From Fibrobacteria bacterium (GTDB lineage Bacteria; Fibrobacterota; Fibrobacteria; UBA11236), in assembly GCA_041746255.1 (NCBI GenBank), contig JBGTHM010000036.1:1-41596 (forward strand): DNA of 41,596 nt, given 5' to 3'. Below, in pieces: positions 1 to 8,736 of this stretch. Both the position numbers and the translations under genes were made by a program. Numbering within the stretch: the first letter of the stretch is position 1; the number at the start of each line of letters is the position of its first letter. Under the pieces are notes generated by a model that saw only the letters and a list, made by a program, of their open reading frames with translations, was not told the DNA's origin and did not search any database.

Positions 1-138
1 CCAAAATCCGTACCCAAAGTGACCGGCAATGAGTAACTTCTAATCGGTTGAAATCCGGTCCATGGTGACCGGCTATGACAAGGGTGGCTGTCGGTCACTT
101 TGAACCGGATCGCCCGGTCACTTTCACCGGATTCTGCA
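1..138. mobile_element. Terminal (probably right) end of an IS21-family insertion sequence; element continues beyond the left edge
   Basis: Ends in ...CCGGATTCTGCA (138). The reverse complement reads TGCAGAATCCGGTGAAAGTGACCGGGCGATCCGGTTCAAAGTGACCGA, the TG-start, tandem ~23-bp repeat architecture of IS21-family ends. Two more copies of the ATCCG-N-GTGACCG unit lie in the opposite orientation at ~4-26 and ~51-72. Frame 1 ends PKSVPKVTGNE* at 36, a possible istB tail. Confidence 0.75.
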
Positions 139-720
139 CTGCGAGGGCATACGCATGCCGTACTTTTCCATGGCAAAATCTGGGTACTTGGAGGACGTTC
201 CGGAAACGTCATGCACAAAACCGTGGACATTTATGACCCCGAAAACGATAGCTGGTCGGTCGGACCAGCTATGAATGATATCCACACCGGACATGTGGCT
301 GCTGTGGTAGGAAATAGAATCGTGGTGGCGGGCGGAGAAATGATTGCGAATAATACTCCCGCCATCATTAAAAGCGTGGAGATTTACGATCCCGGCACCG
401 GAAAATGGACTTTTGCGAAGGACATGCCCGTTCCTGTTCACGGCGCGGCTTCCGTATCCCTGGGAGGGAAGATGTACGTGATTGGCGGATCCATCAAACC
501 CTATTCTCCTGACTTCGCCACCGCCAATCATGGCCGCACTTACGTCTACGAGCCACCCGCTGCTACCACACCGGTACTGCGCGCCTCTACTCTGCGTGGC
601 GATGTCTTGTCCGGTCCGGCGGCCGCTGTTCGGATGCCGCGCCTATACTGGAAGATGTCCGGTAGCCAAAATTTCCGGGTGGATGCGCTGGGTATTCAAC
701 GGTTGGAAAAGGAGCAATAG
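139..720 (+). pseudogene. 3' remnant of a Kelch-repeat protein gene, N-terminus removed by the IS insertion
   Basis: Three Kelch blades (GKIWVLGG..YDP..W, NRIVVAGG..YDP..W, GKMYVIGG) begin mid-repeat right after the IS end. In-frame stops upstream at 34, 49 and 76. The TTG at 100 lies inside the IS end. C-terminal tail has a 'RVDALG' motif. Confidence 0.75.
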
Positions 721-1188
721 CTATTCCAGGGTAGCCAGCTTGTCCTTCACCACTTCGCTCACCAGTTTCCCGTCCGCCTTGCCCTGAGTCTTTGGGCGTA
801 CCAGGCCCATTACCTTACCCATATCCTTGGAGGACTGCGCCCCGGCTGCGGAAATGGCTTCCGCAACCACCGCTTCGATTTCCTCCCGGCTCATCTGCGG
901 CGGCAGGTACTTCTCCAGCAGCGCGATTTTCGCTTTTTCCCGCTCCGCCACGTCGGGCCGTGCGGTGCCCGCCGTTTCCAGCGTTTCCCGAAATTGTTTG
1001 ATGGCCTTGGTGATAATCCCGGAAACTTCGGCGTCGTCGGGATCGCGTCGATTATTCATCTTGAAAGTTTTGATTTCCGCCATGAGTGTACGCAGCGTCA
1101 TGATTTTCCGTTCGTTCTCTTCTTTGTGGGAAGGTTCGCGGTCTTTCATGGTGGCGATGAGGTCGGCGTTTATTTGCTCGATAGTCAT
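721..1188 (-). CDS. yqeY: GatB/YqeY domain-containing protein
   Basis: Motifs 'LEKYLPPQMSREEI' and 'SKDMGKVMGLVRPKTQGKADGKLVSEVVK' are typical of YqeY. Confidence 0.92.
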   Translation of the reverse strand: MTIEQINADLIATMKDREPSHKEENERKIMTLRTLMAEIKTFKMNNRRDPDDAEVSGIITKAIKQFRETLETAGTARPDVAEREKAKIALLEKYLPPQMSREEIEAVVAEAISAAGAQSSKDMGKVMGLVRPKTQGKADGKLVSEVVKDKLATLE

Positions 1189-1248
1189 GTTTTCCCTTTC
1201 GTTGCGGCAAATTTAGGAAAATGCTCCGTCTTGCCAAAACGCACCGGA

Positions 1249-1767
1249 TTATTGGCGATACAGTGCCTCGCGGACGAATTCAACATTGGCTTGCACGGGT
1301 TGAGAAATATCCACCACCAAGGCGTCTTCGGGTTCTTCCAGCGCCTGGAACTGGCTTTCCAACAGATCCGGCGGCATGAAATGGCCCCGCCTTTCCACCA
1401 ATCGTCTGGTAATGAGTTCGTGCGAACCCTTCAGGAATATAAATTGCAATTCCGGCACATCCTTTCGAAGGATGTCGCGATAAGCTTTTCTCAAGGCGGA
1501 ACAGGCGAGCACGACAGTCTCGCCTCTTTCCACCGCTGCCAGCAATACTCGATTGAGATCCCGCAACCAGGGTAGCCTGTCCGCATCGGTAAGGGGAGTG
1601 CCCCGATTCATTTTGGCGATGTTGTCGGGAGGATGAAAATCGTCGCCTTCGTAAAAAATAGCGCCCATGGCTTCGGCCAATTTACGGCCGAAATAAGACT
1701 TTCCCGATCCCGAAACGCCCATGGTGACGAGGACGGCGGGCGCAGTCTTTTTCGGAGGTCTCGTCAT
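1249..1767 (-). CDS. gntK: Gluconokinase (GntK/IdnK type)
   Basis: MGVSGSGKS P-loop, EGDDFHP..NIAKM..G.PLTDADRLPWL, ACSALRK.YR, HFMP..LLESQF..LEEP. Start ATG 1767 overlaps the mgtE stop (ATGA); the longer 448-aa ORF is an artefact. Confidence 0.93.
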   Translation of the reverse strand: MTRPPKKTAPAVLVTMGVSGSGKSYFGRKLAEAMGAIFYEGDDFHPPDNIAKMNRGTPLTDADRLPWLRDLNRVLLAAVERGETVVLACSALRKAYRDILRKDVPELQFIFLKGSHELITRRLVERRGHFMPPDLLESQFQALEEPEDALVVDISQPVQANVEFVREALYRQ

Positions 1768-3095
1768 GAGATGGAACCCAACAAGGCGTTGGAAAAGATT
1801 TTCGCCAATCCCAGAAAAAAGAAAAACCCGCAAATATCGGTTATGGTTGTCAGGAAAATAGAGGAAGACGACGCCGGATCCTGCCCGACGGCTTTGAGAA
1901 TCAAGGGGATAAGCGACCCGGCCATGCAGGCGATGAGCAAGGAAAGCACCATGGCGCCGGCGATTACACCCGCCAGCGGAAGCGATCCCGACCATAATCC
2001 GACCACCAAACCGGCGGTTAAAGCCATGGCGAGGCCATTGATGAGCCCTACCGTCATTTCCTTGCGCAAGATTCGCAACCATTGGCGCGGGCGGATTTCG
2101 CGCAAGGCCAATCCGCGCAATGCAACCGCCATGGCTTGCGAGCCCGTGTTGCCGGATTGTCCCGCCACTACCGGCAGGAAAACCGCCAGCATGGTAAGCT
2201 GGGCGATGGTATCCTCGAAAAAACCGACAACGCTGGCCGCAATAAAGGCTGTTACCAAATTGACGTTGAGCCAGGGCAGACGTTTGCGTACTGCGAAAAG
2301 CACGGGCCCCAAAGCCTTTTCGTCGCGTCCGGCGCCGAACATAGCTTGCACGTCTTCGGAGGCGTCCTGTTGCGCCGCACTCACCAGGGCATCGTAGGGG
2401 ATAATACCCAAAAGCCTTCCGTCGGTGTCCACCACGGGAAGACTCGCCAGTTTTTTTCTGTCCATAAGCTCGACTACGTCTTCGGTGGGAGCGAGGCCGT
2501 CCACCCGGGGCGGATTGCCGTCCGCCAATTCGCGTAAGGTCGTGTCCAAATCCGCCACCGCGATGCTTTGCAACGAGACCAGGGCGGTAAGGCAATTATC
2601 CCGGTCCACCAGGCAAACGTCCACGATACGACGGGCTTTGATGCGGCGAATTTCACGCAAGGCTTCCCCCACCGTGACATCACCGGAAAAGGTTGTGACG
2701 CGGGGATCCATCAAGGCGCCCGCGGTTTCGGGAGGATAGGCCATCATCTCGGTCAATTCTCGCGAAAGTCCCGGTGGGAGCAGGGTTAATTTCTCGTCCA
2801 AAACCTTTTTAGTAAAACGCGAAAGCAGAAGCGAGACCTGGCTCGGGTCCATGTGCGCCAAGAGAGAGGAGAAGGCCGCGTCGTCCGCAAGCTGCAAAAC
2901 TTCGATGGCGCGGTCGCGGTTCAATTGGGAAAGGAGATGGGCGGAAGAAACCGGAGGAAGCGCGGATAAAAGGCGGGCGATATCGGCTGGCGGCAACGAG
3001 TCGAGATAATGGGCGGTCTCGGCAGGATGTCGTTGGGCGAACTCCCGAACCAACCGACGGGCTACATTGAGTGAGGGGGAGAGGTTCTCCGGCAT
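1764..3095 (-). CDS. mgtE: Magnesium transporter MgtE
   Basis: MgtE N-domain, 'YPPETAGALM' CBS pair, 'RKRLPWL', 'AVFLPVVAGQSGNTGSQ', 'GQDPA.SS..FLTTITD' with the conserved channel Asp. Confidence 0.93.
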   Translation of the reverse strand: MPENLSPSLNVARRLVREFAQRHPAETAHYLDSLPPADIARLLSALPPVSSAHLLSQLNRDRAIEVLQLADDAAFSSLLAHMDPSQVSLLLSRFTKKVLDEKLTLLPPGLSRELTEMMAYPPETAGALMDPRVTTFSGDVTVGEALREIRRIKARRIVDVCLVDRDNCLTALVSLQSIAVADLDTTLRELADGNPPRVDGLAPTEDVVELMDRKKLASLPVVDTDGRLLGIIPYDALVSAAQQDASEDVQAMFGAGRDEKALGPVLFAVRKRLPWLNVNLVTAFIAASVVGFFEDTIAQLTMLAVFLPVVAGQSGNTGSQAMAVALRGLALREIRPRQWLRILRKEMTVGLINGLAMALTAGLVVGLWSGSLPLAGVIAGAMVLSLLIACMAGSLIPLILKAVGQDPASSSSIFLTTITDICGFFFFLGLAKIFSNALLGSIS

Positions 3096-3146
3096 CGATA
3101 GATCTCCTCGGCGCGGTTTTTTTTACCGGGCCCGATAGTGCTGTGG

Positions 3147-3995
3147 TTATCTCCGGTGAGGATCGTCATTTTCTTTGGCATCCACGATGGAGGCGGCGCC
3201 TTTAAAGAGCCCAGTCAGGCCAATCCAATACAGTTCGCCCAATGCGCCACCGGCTTCGCGGGCCGGTTCGGGGCGCGCCTGGAGTTCCAAATCGTTTTCC
3301 AGCCGGCGTAGGGTGCGGTAATCGATGGCGCCCAGAAACAGCCCCGACGCGGAGGTAACCGGAAGCTCATGCAGCACTTTCCATGCCGGGTGTTCCACAA
3401 TGGCCCTTTTTTCGGCATCGGGTGAGATGGGTTTTTCCGGGAATTCGGCCAAGGAACCTACGGTATCGTCGTCTTTCGCGGCCATCAAGGCCCGCAGGGT
3501 TGCGACTCCGCGCAGTATCTGGTTCCGGTCGACCACGTAGACATAATCTACAACGTGATCCAGGTGATGGCTTAACCTTTTTAAAGCTTCTGCCACAGGA
3601 GTGTCTTCGGGCAAGGAAAAAGCTTTGGGGTCCATCAGCGATCCGGCGGTTCCCTCGGGGAAATCCAGTAGGCGGGCCAGGGGATCCCGGTTCTCGGGAG
3701 TCAGGGCGGCTAAAACCCGTTCCCGGCTCTCCTTGTCGAATCGCCGAATCAGCACGGAGGCTTCGTCCAAGGGCATGCGGGATAAAATTGCGCCGGCCTT
3801 GTAAGGGGTAAGCGCCATCAGGCAGTTGGAAGCGGCGCGTATTTCCATCGCCATCAGGGTGCGGTAGACGAATACCGGAGGAATTTCACCCAAAAATTCC
3901 GCGACTTGCGCGGGATGCAGGCTCTCCAGAACGCGCGCGCTTTCTACGGCATGATCCTTCATGAACTCCAAGGAAAGCGCGTATTCGATATCCAT
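3147..3995 (-). CDS. Soluble MgtE N-terminal/CBS-pair protein lacking the 5-TM channel domain
   Basis: Helical N-domain, 'FPEGTAGSLMDP', 'YVYVVDRNQILRGVATLRAL', second CBS 'LPVT..G.FLGAI'. Likely start MDIEY at 3995, just downstream of the MscS stop. Confidence 0.85.
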   Translation of the reverse strand: MDIEYALSLEFMKDHAVESARVLESLHPAQVAEFLGEIPPVFVYRTLMAMEIRAASNCLMALTPYKAGAILSRMPLDEASVLIRRFDKESRERVLAALTPENRDPLARLLDFPEGTAGSLMDPKAFSLPEDTPVAEALKRLSHHLDHVVDYVYVVDRNQILRGVATLRALMAAKDDDTVGSLAEFPEKPISPDAEKRAIVEHPAWKVLHELPVTSASGLFLGAIDYRTLRRLENDLELQARPEPAREAGGALGELYWIGLTGLFKGAASIVDAKENDDPHRR

Positions 3996-4021
3996 GATGG
4001 TTGGCGGGGGAAACGGGCGCG

Positions 4022-4855
4022 TCAGGGCGCCGTCCCACTCCTTTCCAGGCGCACGGAGGCGGCTTCCCAAAAGATCCGCGCGGGTACCAGGGCCTGGCCT
4101 TCCCCGGTTTCCAGGATGACGGCATTAGGCAGAAATCGAATGATGCGACCCTCGATGCCTTCCACCCGCACCGTCTGGCCGATGCGATAGGTCTTCTGGA
4201 GATAGAATGCCGCCAAGATGTTACTGACGGCGGTGCGGGCTCCCAAGCCGAAAGCCAGGGCCGCTCCGAACAGAATCGCCGCGAGCACGATGGCTATTAA
4301 CCAGGTTATGAATGTGATATCGATGCCAAGTTGATTCACCGCCACCAGCAGTGAGATTGTGACCACGGCGTATTGCACCGCTTTGCCTAAAATAGGGCCC
4401 TGTCCCAGACCCGCGGAATGGGCCGCCGCCGTGGTGAGATCACGCACAAGCGCGCCTCCGACGAATCCCGCCGCGGAGATGAGAGCGAAGGCAAGCAGGT
4501 TGGGAAGGTAAGTGGACAGGCCTTTGAACCAGACGGTAATAACCGGAATGCCCAGCACTTCGGTCGCCGCCGTCACGAAAAGAAAAATCACCATCCAGAA
4601 GAGAAGGTGGCTTACGATATGCGCCGTCTGGTGCATTTTACGGCTTTGATGGGTGCGCTCCAGGCGACGCCCGGGCAGAATGTCGTCCACCTTTCGGATC
4701 AGCTTATAAGATGCGATGCGCAACAGCCGGGCGACGAAAAAACCCACGATAACCAGAATCAGGGCGCCGAGCAGGTGCGGCAGAACTTCGACCAGTCCCC
4801 TGCGCATTTGCGCAAGTGTTCCTCCGAATTGATCTAAAGTTTCCTGATATCCCAT
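4022..4855 (-). CDS. Small-conductance mechanosensitive channel family protein (MscS/CmpX-like TM repeats, short C-terminus)
   Basis: Two 'LP.LL.A.....G..V' TM repeats, 'QLGIDI', 'ALAFGLGARTAVSNILA', beta-domain 'YRIGQTVRVEGIEGRI'. Confidence 0.85.
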   Translation of the reverse strand: MGYQETLDQFGGTLAQMRRGLVEVLPHLLGALILVIVGFFVARLLRIASYKLIRKVDDILPGRRLERTHQSRKMHQTAHIVSHLLFWMVIFLFVTAATEVLGIPVITVWFKGLSTYLPNLLAFALISAAGFVGGALVRDLTTAAAHSAGLGQGPILGKAVQYAVVTISLLVAVNQLGIDITFITWLIAIVLAAILFGAALAFGLGARTAVSNILAAFYLQKTYRIGQTVRVEGIEGRIIRFLPNAVILETGEGQALVPARIFWEAASVRLERSGTAP

Positions 4856-4867
4856 ATGCTACCCCTG

Positions 4868-5497
4868 TCAGTTCCGACGTTCCAGCATTTCGAAGCGGTA
4901 GCGCCAGGGTTTCTCTTCCACCCAGGGCGATGCCGCGGTCTCGACGAAGCGGTTTTCGGGCAACCTTAAAAAAGTATCCGCTGCGAATTCACCTTCAATC
5001 CGGGTCAGATAAATCCGGCGGCATTCCGGTTGCTCCATGGCTTCAGCGAAAACCTTGCCGCCGCCGATAACGAAAATTTCGGGACTTCCTTCTCCTAGGC
5101 GCATGGCCTCCGGCAAGGAAGAGGCCGTCACCACCCCCTCAGGGAATGAGCCGGGAGTCTTCGTAAGCACGATGTTTTTGCGATCGGGTAAGGGGCGGAA
5201 GCGTTCCGGAAGGGAATCCCAGGTTTTGCGCCCCATCACAACCGCATTGGGTGAATCCATACTAGGAGACGGCATGTAGGCCGTCCCGGATAATGGGACG
5301 AACCCGTCCCAAGTATAAACTTTCGGATCGCGAAACCCGATATCCATCCGGTATTTCGCCCAAACCGCCGTGGTGTCGGGGCAGGTTGTCAAGTCCCGGA
5401 AAAACCGCATGTCCCCTTTGATTTTCGGCCAGGGCAGGCCGCCGTCCCGGCCTATGCCCCATTGGGCGTCGACGGCTGCGACCAGGCTGAACGCCAT
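4868..5497 (-). CDS. folA: Dihydrofolate reductase with a long insertion
   Basis: GIG..G.LPW, D..FF..LT, NAVVMGRKTW.S....RPLP.R.NIVL, FVIGGG, YLTRI...F..DTF; directly follows thyA. Confidence 0.93.
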   Translation of the reverse strand: MAFSLVAAVDAQWGIGRDGGLPWPKIKGDMRFFRDLTTCPDTTAVWAKYRMDIGFRDPKVYTWDGFVPLSGTAYMPSPSMDSPNAVVMGRKTWDSLPERFRPLPDRKNIVLTKTPGSFPEGVVTASSLPEAMRLGEGSPEIFVIGGGKVFAEAMEQPECRRIYLTRIEGEFAADTFLRLPENRFVETAASPWVEEKPWRYRFEMLERRN

Positions 5498-6313
5498 TTA
5501 AACGGCCACCGGAAACTTGATAAAGGGGTGGTGGGAATAGTCGGTCAATTCGAAATCTTCGAAGGTCAATTCGAAAAAGGATTTCTTCCTGATTTTAACG
5601 CGCGGTAATGGATGCGGCTCTCTTCCCAATTGCGTGCGCAACCCTTCTATGTGGTTGGCATAAATATGCGCGTCTCCCAGAGTATGCGTGAAAATACCCG
5701 GTTCCAGGCCGCATTCTTGTGCTGCCATGGTGAGCAATAACGCGTAGCCGGCGATGTTAAAGGGGACGCCCAAGGCGAGGTCGGCCGAGCGCTGATAAAG
5801 TTGCAGGTCAAGGCGGTTTCCGCATACGTAAAACTGAAAGAAGGCGTGGCAGGGCGGCAACGCCATGCTGTCGAGGTCGGAGACATTCCAGGCACTGACG
5901 ATAATGCGGCGGGAATCCGGGTTTTTTTTGATCGTCTCCAGCGCAAGGCTCATCTGATCGATATGGGTAACTTCCACCGACCCGGAATCCGGGTTTATCC
6001 GGTATTGCGGCCACTTACGCCATTGGTATCCATAAATCGGACCCAACTCCCCTTTTTCGTCCGCCCAAGCATTCCAAATCGGGGTATGTTGCACGAGATC
6101 GTCGTTGATATTGGTGGAGCCGCGTAGAAACCAAAGTAATTCGCGTAAGACAGCGTCGAATAGCACTTTCTTGGTCGTTACGAGCGGAAATCCTTCCCTC
6201 AGGTCGTATTTGCTCTGCAAACCGAAAAGCGAGAGGGTTCCCGTGCCGGTTCGGTCCTGCTTTTGTTCGCCCTTTTCAAGTACATGGCGGATAAGATCCA
6301 AATATTGGCGCAT
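5498..6313 (-). CDS. thyA: Thymidylate synthase
   Basis: MRQYLDL start at 6313, [70 protein letters not shown]. Confidence 0.97.
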   Translation of the reverse strand: MRQYLDLIRHVLEKGEQKQDRTGTGTLSLFGLQSKYDLREGFPLVTTKKVLFDAVLRELLWFLRGSTNINDDLVQHTPIWNAWADEKGELGPIYGYQWRKWPQYRINPDSGSVEVTHIDQMSLALETIKKNPDSRRIIVSAWNVSDLDSMALPPCHAFFQFYVCGNRLDLQLYQRSADLALGVPFNIAGYALLLTMAAQECGLEPGIFTHTLGDAHIYANHIEGLRTQLGREPHPLPRVKIRKKSFFELTFEDFELTDYSHHPFIKFPVAV

Positions 6314-6329
6314 GACTTCGAAAAATAGC

Positions 6330-6360
6330 AAAAAGCGACCCGTCCCACGGGACCGGTCGC
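6330..6360 (-). terminator. Intrinsic terminator after the sugar transferase/deacetylase fusion
   Basis: Hairpin GCGACCGGTCCC-GT-GGGACGGGTCGC followed by TTTTT on the minus strand. Confidence 0.7.
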
Positions 6361-6395
6361 GGCAATATACCCCGAGAAATGCGTGGGTAGTGGCT

Positions 6396-8522
6396 TCAGA
6401 AAGCCGTAAAAATTCCGCTTTCGGTGGGCTTGAGGCGATCGTCAGACCCAACCGAATCTGCCGAAGCATCCGTTTCCATGGATGGGATGTCAAGACGCAC
6501 GGGGTTTCGTTTCAAGAAGAATTGGATGCGACGCTCCTCCATATTGTCCTTAATCGAAGTGAAGGAAAAACGGCGCAACAGCCGATGGATTTTCTCCTCG
6601 GTAGTATCGGTATTGACATAGTGCTGGAAGGATTTGATCAATCCCGCATCCACCCTGCGCTGATCGACGTCCAGTTCCCAGGGATGGAAATAAAGCACCG
6701 CGGGCTCGCCTTTGCGGTTCATGGAGTCGATATACCGTTCGGTAACCGAGTAGGGATAAAGCCGCAAATAGCCTCCACCGGAGATGGGAAGCAAGCGTTT
6801 TCCCAATTCCATGGTCGAGAGGGGAATCTCGCGGATGGTTCTTCCCGTTCGGGTCAATTCGATGGTATGCGGAAGTCGATTGGCATAATCGGGAATACCA
6901 TAGCGTGCCCGGCCAATCGGGAAAATACTGGAATCATATTCGATTCCGTATTTCGCCAATATGTCCAACGCCCATAAGGTCGATTCCACGACGGTAAAAT
7001 TAGAGGCGCGGTGTCCAATGACTTTTTGCATGCTGTATTTGGCGATGGCGTTGAGGGAACGCACCAAGTCCGCTTCGAAGTCGGCGGGTGTCATCTCGGT
7101 TACGAGGTTATGGGAATAACCGTGGGTGCCGATTTCATGTCCTTCGACATCGATCATTTGCACCACTTGGGGAAATTGATCAGCCACCCATCCCAATACG
7201 AAAAAAGTGGCTTTCACGTTATGGGCCTTGAGTAAATCGAGAATCCGCCGAATATTTTCCACAATTCGGGTCGGCTGCTTTTCCCAGGAGCTGCGGGGAA
7301 CTTTGTCCCGCATATTATAGGCATGGAACCAGCATTCCACGTCGATGGTTATGAAGTTTTTCACGCTGGGAGTCCGGTACAAATCGACCAAGCGATCGAG
7401 ATGGATTTCGCGCATCAACTTCTGGACTTTGGGATGGTTGTTCTTGACGGCCATGGTTCCGCCCTTGGCTTTCACTTGTTGGGCCAGTTTAACCAGGTTT
7501 CCCAAATCCTCGAGGTCGAGCCGGCCTTTGGGGTTAAGGTACACCTCGAGTTTTTCGCCTCCGATAAAGGAGTGGTTTTCCAGTAAGCGACCCAGTTCCA
7601 CCGGATTTTCGCCCGAGAATAACATTCCCCTATCGCGGCGCGCAATTTTGACGGACGTTCCGGCTCCTCTGGCGGCTTTTTCCGGTTCTCCGGGAGCGGC
7701 GGTTTTTTCCGGGTGGATGGGAATCCAGTCGGCAATGGGAGTGGCGGTATTCAAGGGTTGCCGGTTCAAGAGATAGAAAACCGTGCGCGTCAGAATCCAG
7801 AGTTCCATCCGGACCCAGTTGGTAAAGCAACAAAGTGACGCGCGATACGCCAGGTCGTAATGGGTCTTGCGCACCACGCTTTCCATGGAATCGTCGTAAC
7901 CGACCGCGATTTGGGCGAATCCCGTCAATCCGGGACGTATATGCAAAGTGCGATCGAAGTAATGCGGAATTTTTTCGGAATATTGACGAACGAAATAAGC
8001 GCGCTCCGGTCGGGGTCCGATAAAGCTCATGTCGCCTTTGAGAATGTTCCAGAATTGCGGCAGTTCATCGAGGTGCAGGGAGCGCAGTATTCCTCCAATG
8101 CGGGTCACGCGTGGGTCTGCTCCCTTGGCGCATAATTGGGGTCCCGCCGCTTCGGCGTCGATGTGCATAGTGCGGAATTTATAAATCCGGAAAGGCCGTC
8201 CGCCATCGTTCGGACCTCGACCCTCCGGTGCTTTCAGCGCCGAAAGAGTTTCTTTTTCAGATGCTTTTTCCAATAAAGAAGACGACCTGAGCCGCATGGA
8301 TCGTCTTCGGTTCAGGCCAATGCGTTCCTGTGCGTAGAGCACAGGGCCGGCGGATTCCCGGCGAATGAGGAATGCGATGAAAGGGTAGCACAAAAGAAAT
8401 GCCACCGACCCGATGCCGCCTATGATGATATCCATCGCTCTTTTGCAACCCATGACCCATATGCTTGTCTTCATGACGAGATTCCCTATCAGCGAACCCT
8501 CTTTGTCGGGATGGTTGCGCAT
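6396..8522 (-). CDS. Fusion: priming sugar (phosphoglycosyl) transferase + STAS-like domain + XrtA/PEP-CTERM-type polysaccharide deacetylase (CE4, DUF3473)
   Basis: N-term KR..DI, GP.LY.QERIG, F.IYKFRTM, DPRVT.IG..LR...[30 protein letters not shown]. Middle has a STAS-like pattern. C-term [56 protein letters not shown]. Alternative start ATG 8474. Confidence 0.88.
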   Translation of the reverse strand: MRNHPDKEGSLIGNLVMKTSIWVMGCKRAMDIIIGGIGSVAFLLCYPFIAFLIRRESAGPVLYAQERIGLNRRRSMRLRSSSLLEKASEKETLSALKAPEGRGPNDGGRPFRIYKFRTMHIDAEAAGPQLCAKGADPRVTRIGGILRSLHLDELPQFWNILKGDMSFIGPRPERAYFVRQYSEKIPHYFDRTLHIRPGLTGFAQIAVGYDDSMESVVRKTHYDLAYRASLCCFTNWVRMELWILTRTVFYLLNRQPLNTATPIADWIPIHPEKTAAPGEPEKAARGAGTSVKIARRDRGMLFSGENPVELGRLLENHSFIGGEKLEVYLNPKGRLDLEDLGNLVKLAQQVKAKGGTMAVKNNHPKVQKLMREIHLDRLVDLYRTPSVKNFITIDVECWFHAYNMRDKVPRSSWEKQPTRIVENIRRILDLLKAHNVKATFFVLGWVADQFPQVVQMIDVEGHEIGTHGYSHNLVTEMTPADFEADLVRSLNAIAKYSMQKVIGHRASNFTVVESTLWALDILAKYGIEYDSSIFPIGRARYGIPDYANRLPHTIELTRTGRTIREIPLSTMELGKRLLPISGGGYLRLYPYSVTERYIDSMNRKGEPAVLYFHPWELDVDQRRVDAGLIKSFQHYVNTDTTEEKIHRLLRRFSFTSIKDNMEERRIQFFLKRNPVRLDIPSMETDASADSVGSDDRLKPTESGIFTAF

Positions 8523-8736
8523 TGTGATGTTAAATATAGCTCTCTTTTAGAAGCATTTTTAAAAAAGTCATTTCCCAATAATGTTATTCTGCCCAATGTG
8601 ATGGAATCACTTCCGTCACGTTTCACACTTCGCTGTCTTGGACGAATACGGGAGAAAGAAGGTAACCCAACTTTCGGAATAAAAATTGCGGGAGTATTTC
8701 GAAATCAGCTCAGGCGGACTAATCGAAGAGTTTCGT

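Noticed and set aside
100..138. TTG start of an intact Kelch protein
   Set aside because: It lies within the IS21-like terminal repeats, and Kelch similarity starts only at 139
1..138. Short repeats as a CRISPR array or iterons
   Set aside because: Repeats occur in both orientations, have no regular unique spacers and end in a TG/CA terminus typical of an IS end
1768..2595. 448-aa ORF suggesting a long N-terminal extension on gluconokinase
   Set aside because: The extension lies in another frame inside mgtE and is Arg/Gly-rich shadow sequence; the ATGA overlap at 1764-1767 gives the natural start
6314..6493. N-terminal extension of ThyA in the ORF track
   Set aside because: It overlaps the upstream gene and its terminator; MRQYLDL at 6313 is the canonical ThyA start
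6105..6977. 290-aa plus-strand ORF and other long antisense ORFs (1633-2397, 17499-18200, 21615-22322)
   Set aside because: They are antisense to well-supported genes and have no recognisable motifs; expected in GC-rich DNA
8595..8613. CRP-like site TGTGA..TCACT
   Set aside because: The spacer is 5 bp rather than 6 and there is no other support
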